DNA of 62,373 bases, filler included. It is 15 parts of 15 records of this genome, joined end to end, with 100 filler letters (N's around TTAATTAATTAA, not from the genome) between each part and the next. Parts side by side here need not be neighbours in the genome. Positions count along the whole stretch, not along the records: positions 53,404 to 58,412 come from SRR7504441_66210; positions 58,513 to 62,373 come from SRR7504441_66625; 13 more parts are not named here. The stretch is one strand, 5' to 3'. Below are positions 58,380 to 62,373 of the stretch, piece after piece. Under the pieces are notes generated by a model. It had not been told where the DNA came from, did not search any database, and saw only the letters and a list, made by a program, of their open reading frames with translations. The position numbers and the translations under genes are program-made. Position 1 is the stretch's first letter. Every line of letters starts with the position of its first letter.

Positions 58380-58512
58380 CGAGTCTCAACCGCAAAGGGC
58401 AACCTCGTAAAGNNNNNNNNNNNNNNNNNNNNNNNNNNNNNNNNNNNNNNNNNNNNTTAATTAATTAANNNNNNNNNNNNNNNNNNNNNNNNNNNNNNNN
58501 NNNNNNNNNNNN

Positions 58513-59027
58513 AGCTAGAGTTCTGCAGAATGTTCAGTCCAGCCACCAAGCTCCGACTGGTGGCCCTTGCACCGCCCGGTGGCTCACGGCAGCTGGACAG
58601 AGCTGCTTTCACGAGTATTTCTCGATAATAACGGACGGATTGGACGTGTCCGAGTATGTGGAGGCGTTGGGTCCGGAGCAGCAAGTCGAGATACTAGTGC
58701 GTGCCGGGCTGGGCTCTGCGGCGGTGCTCCAGACACTGAGTGAGACGACGCGAGAGCAATGTGGCCTGTCTAGGCGGGCCGGCTGATGGGGCCGGTGCAG
58801 ATGTGGAGTCCACTCTGCGAGATCAGGGTAGCCAGGCGGTGCCGGAGAGGTGGGATGGTGGGCCGATCTGCTTTGCAGAAGAAGTCGTGTTTGAATGCGG
58901 GTCGATTGACGAGTGCAGGGCATGGGTCGAGCGACTAGTTGTCTGCCTGGGCGTCGAAACGGTGGAGGTGCTGGATGACCACGACAAAGTCCCCGAGCTC
59001 GGCCGCAATGCCACAATGTGGCTTTAG
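58513..59027 (+). CDS. Unknown gene, 3' fragment (spliced)
   Basis: Coding-like frames from the contig edge to TAG 59027, followed by an AT-rich 3' region. Confidence 0.4.
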
Positions 59028-59269
59028 CTACGATTTAACAATAATAATCCATTCTTAATTAAGTACTATCTCAAGTACATGTATAGTACATGTAGTACAT
59101 TGTCATGATTGTAGCACATTGTCACGATCGTATGATTTTAAACCTACAAGTAGCACAAGAGCATTGCCTAAATTAAACTATGCGTTCGGGTACATGACTT
59201 GTAAAATGAAAGTACGATGTGTTACATGTAGATTTTGCCGGAGTTGATTGGTGATCAATTGAAACTTAG

Positions 59270-60214
59270 TTACGTATAGAACTCATTGCTCGTCACAATG
59301 CCTGCACACGAGCCTATTGCGCTACAATAGCGAACCGAGCCTATGCTGCAGTGCTCCATTACAGCAACTAGCAAGCACATTTTTGGGCAAACCAAGAAAG
59401 CCGGATCCCTACACTCGCCTTGACACCACACCGCTTCGAGCTCGCTGTCGGCCTTTTCCAGGGCGGCATCCAGCCCCGCGCGTGCCTCCACAACCGAAAA
59501 TACCTCCTGATCGCACCAGTTTGAGCAATTGTAGAAAATCGAGTTCTGGCCTCCGATTGCGGTCACGGTTGCACCATTCAACCAATCCGGTGGCGGCGGC
59601 AATTTTTGCTTCAGCAAATCCACAAGCCGGTCAGCCTCGGCTCTACTGACCGGGTTGGCAGCGTCCACCGCCCGGCCGCACGCCTCGGCGAGCATCGCAG
59701 CCGCCACCCCGCTCCCGACCTCTCCCATGTACAATCTCAGCTGCTGGTCCGGCCCCAGGCTCGTAATCTGGAAGCTGCCACCGCCAGAATCCCAACAGAT
59801 GACCTCCTCCAGCCCGCCCTCCCTGAACGCCGCCGCCGTCCGGAAGCCCAGCCTGGCTTCGGTCGGCTGATCCACCAGCTGCAGCCTGAGCCCGAGCTCG
59901 AGCTCTACTCTGTCCAGGAACTCCGGCCCGTTTGGCGCCCGACGGAAGACTTGGGTGGCCACCCCCGCCCGCTGGCTGGCTCCCAGCTCGTCGCACCGGC
60001 GCACGAACTCGGCGAGGACCTCGAGGCCTCTCTGCTGGATTTCGGCGCCCAGCTCACCGATCCCGCTCCGGCTGGCGGCGATTGTGAATCCGACCGGGAC
60101 CTCCCGCCCGAACAGCTCGGCCTGTATCCGGCCGGTGCTCGTCTCCACGTCCGCCACGTAGAGCTTGGTGGCCCCGGAGCCCACATCGAACCCGGCCCGA
60201 CGCACCACAGCCAT
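59270..60214 (-). CDS. Ppx/GppA-family (ASKHA) phosphatase, short form; intronless
   Basis: Motifs AGFDVGSGATKL, GVATQVFRRAPNG, VDQPTEARLGF and WDSGGGSFQI. Confidence 0.85.
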   Translation of the reverse strand: MAVVRRAGFDVGSGATKLYVADVETSTGRIQAELFGREVPVGFTIAASRSGIGELGAEIQQRGLEVLAEFVRRCDELGASQRAGVATQVFRRAPNGPEFLDRVELELGLRLQLVDQPTEARLGFRTAAAFREGGLEEVICWDSGGGSFQITSLGPDQQLRLYMGEVGSGVAAAMLAEACGRAVDAANPVSRAEADRLVDLLKQKLPPPPDWLNGATVTAIGGQNSIFYNCSNWCDQEVFSVVEARAGLDAALEKADSELEAVWCQGECRDPAFLVCPKMCLLVAVMEHCSIGSVRYCSAIGSCAGIVTSNEFYT

Positions 60215-60261
60215 CGAGTGCGTTCCGTTACAAGTGGCGCCAACACGGAGCAGCGAGGAGA

Positions 60262-60681
60262 ATGCAGCCCGGGGTGCTGGTGGTGGGAGCCAGCCCGGGG
60301 CCAGTGCTGCGGCCCGCAGAGATGCCCCTGTCCGAATCGTCACTCCAGCTCGCGGCAGACGGCTCGATCGCCTACGGCCGCAGACGCGTGCCGCCGCCCG
60401 CTCGCGAGGTGAACCCCGCTGTGTGGCCAGCGCCTCACCTCTGGCAGCCCGGGCCGGACTGCCCCAAGCAGCGGCGGCACTACCGGGACGACCGGCCGGA
60501 GTGGGAACCGCCGACTGGCCGGCGCCACTTCCCAGCTGCGCCTCAGGGCTGCGCTGTTTACTCTGCCGGAGCCAATCCGGTCCAGCTCGAACGGAATGGG
60601 CCGCCCAGTCACGCTGAACAGTTTGGGCTGCTCGCACGCGGGGCCGATTACTCCGGCCCGCTGGACCCCCCGCGGCGATAG
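60262..60681 (+). CDS. Small Pro-rich unknown protein
   Basis: ATG-initiated 139-codon ORF between the Ppx start and an AT-rich convergent spacer. Confidence 0.4.
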   Translation: MQPGVLVVGASPGPVLRPAEMPLSESSLQLAADGSIAYGRRRVPPPAREVNPAVWPAPHLWQPGPDCPKQRRHYRDDRPEWEPPTGRRHFPAAPQGCAVYSAGANPVQLERNGPPSHAEQFGLLARGADYSGPLDPPRR

Positions 60682-60897
60682 AATCTCTGCTTGCTAAAAC
60701 AGCTGGTGCTGCTTTACAGACTAAATCTATGTGACAGTTACTTTTTGAGGAAGGCATGCTTAAATAGTTACTTGAGTATATTAACATAATCGCACACGCT
60801 AGTGCGAAAACCGGAGTACTTTCCAAGTGCTAGCCCATAAAGAAACTAGGCGATTAAAGTCGAACGGACGTTGAACAAAGAGTGTTGTCTTGCATGC

Positions 60898-62295
60898 CTA
60901 ATCGCACGTCTGGATCACATGCTGCGCCGGCTCAACCACCTCCTTGTTCTTCTTGAATTTCTCTATCGCCTTCTTTGCCACCTTGACCGCTCCGGCATCG
61001 GCCAGCCGTTGCGGATTATGCTTGGCCACCGACAGGTTAGCCATTGCCCTACAGCCCCACATCTGGACGTCCTCGTCATCAGGCAACGCCTTCATCGAGG
61101 TCACTGCCTGCTCGCACGCACCCAGCTCGCCCAACTTGCTCCCATTCCGCTGCCGGCCGGCCAGGTTGGAGAGCACGGCCAGCCCTTCGATCTGGATCTC
61201 GACGTGCTTCCTGTGAGCCGCCATCGCAGAAATCACAGCCTCAAATGTCTCTTCGCTTGCCAGCTCGCCCTTCAGATTCTCGCCGTACGCCAGCTTGTTG
61301 ACACGGTGCAGCATCTCCACCGCCGCGTCGGCCTGGGCCTGGTTATGTTTGACTAGCATCTTGGCCATTGACTCAGTGTCTGCACCCTCCACCAACCGGG
61401 CGGTCCGGTGAGAGTAATTGCTTGCACTCATCTCGGCTTCGGCCTCCACCGCCACCTGCAGCGAAAGCCGCTGCTGCACCGCCGTGTCGAGCACTTGCGC
61501 CTTGTGCTTCATCGCCTTGCGCTGGGAGCGTGGCGAGGCCAAGTATTCTTGGTGGGCCTTGGTGAGCAAATCATGCATCTGCCTCTCGTCGCCGGAGTCC
61601 AGGATAGAACGCTGCTCTGGGTTGAGCACCTCCCAGCCCTGCCGCATCGAGGCCAGCTTCTCGACGGGAGTTACGTTGCTGGTCGCCGCCATCGTTTTAG
61701 AGAAGGTGGCAGTCCGGTTTCTGAACTGGGTCAGCGAGTCCGACTCATCGTACGAGGGAGGCGTTTCGAACCGGGCCTCCATGGACTGCAGGTACCAAGT
61801 AAGCAGGCATTGCTTGGTCAGCTGATAAGCCGTCTTCTTGGCCACCTCCGCGCGCGCGACGGTGCGAACCGACTTGCGCACCTCCACAGCAGTGGCCGCG
61901 CTGCGAGGCGACCATTCCCTGCCCGCAGGCGCCTCCTCCATGTCGGCCAGGTCCTCGTCCTCGAACCGCATGCTCCGCGGGCTCCGCTGCTCACGAATGT
62001 CATCCACCATCCGCTTCAGCTCGGAAGAACAGACTGAGCAGATGAATTCGAGCGAGTTGCTCCGAGGATGGAGGGCCTTCTCAGAGGTGCAAGAGGCGCA
62101 TACCACGTCCCCGCAGAAGCGGCAGTGGTGCCGCCGCCGGAGCATCCCGAACGGTTCGCTGCACACCATGCACCCGCTGGCTGACTCGTCTTTCTGCCAC
62201 CAGATGCAGAATTGATCATTCCAAACGCACTCGCCGCGGTCCTTCTGCTGCCCGCCACGCGGCTTGGCTTGGCCGTTGGGCACCCCGAATGTCAC
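60898..62295 (-). CDS. FYVE + armadillo-repeat protein (start uncertain)
   Basis: FYVE: WQKD...RRRHHCRFCGDVVCASC...ICSVC. ARM-like: VISAMAAH...IQIEGLAVLSNL and VQMWGCRAMANL. Confidence 0.85.
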   Translation of the reverse strand: MTFGVPNGQAKPRGGQQKDRGECVWNDQFCIWWQKDESASGCMVCSEPFGMLRRRHHCRFCGDVVCASCTSEKALHPRSNSLEFICSVCSSELKRMVDDIREQRSPRSMRFEDEDLADMEEAPAGREWSPRSAATAVEVRKSVRTVARAEVAKKTAYQLTKQCLLTWYLQSMEARFETPPSYDESDSLTQFRNRTATFSKTMAATSNVTPVEKLASMRQGWEVLNPEQRSILDSGDERQMHDLLTKAHQEYLASPRSQRKAMKHKAQVLDTAVQQRLSLQVAVEAEAEMSASNYSHRTARLVEGADTESMAKMLVKHNQAQADAAVEMLHRVNKLAYGENLKGELASEETFEAVISAMAAHRKHVEIQIEGLAVLSNLAGRQRNGSKLGELGACEQAVTSMKALPDDEDVQMWGCRAMANLSVAKHNPQRLADAGAVKVAKKAIEKFKKNKEVVEPAQHVIQTCD

Positions 62296-62373
62296 ATTGC
62301 GCGACCCCCAGTGGCATTGCGCAGCCGCGGCTTGCTCGTCAGCGTGCCGCGCGCGCAGTGCCTCGAGCTCCTT

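Noticed and set aside
60215-60826. 200-aa N-terminal extension of Ppx/GppA in the ORF track
   Set aside because: It starts at a non-ATG codon in AT-rich spacer and overlaps a probable plus-strand gene. The family motif begins right after ATG 60214.

Overview
This is eukaryotic nuclear DNA from a GC-rich, very compact protist genome that I cannot assign to a lineage. The standard genetic code is used and no plastid markers are seen. The window is 15 unlinked contigs joined by 14 artificial 100-nt spacers (44 N + TTAATTAATTAA + 44 N), so neighbourhood arguments hold only within a contig. The ORF track fragments most genes because they are split by tiny spliceosomal introns (about 36-51 nt, G-rich, no polypyrimidine tract, about 1 in 5 with a GC donor). 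Splicing by hand recovers clean genes: mitochondrial EF-G1, proteasome Rpt2, an IDS-like sulfatase, a PhyH dioxygenase and others. The most striking reconstructed proteins are: (1) a 914-aa VHS-UIMx3/4-UBA protein fused to a CHUP1-type C-terminal domain (the plant formin-like actin polymerase); (2) an intronless FYVE-FYVE-PX-TIR/HET-like-LRR protein resembling an endosome-tethered immune receptor; (3) a tail-less divergent histone H4 fused to an MCM3-C-like winged helix; (4) a PRAS40-like small protein; (5) a CSB/ERCC6 N-terminus carrying WW and NZF domains, head-to-head with an APEX2-like gene. The palindrome TACATGTA occurs 13 times, always in non-coding DNA downstream of stop codons. All family assignments come from motif recognition from memory, not database searches.
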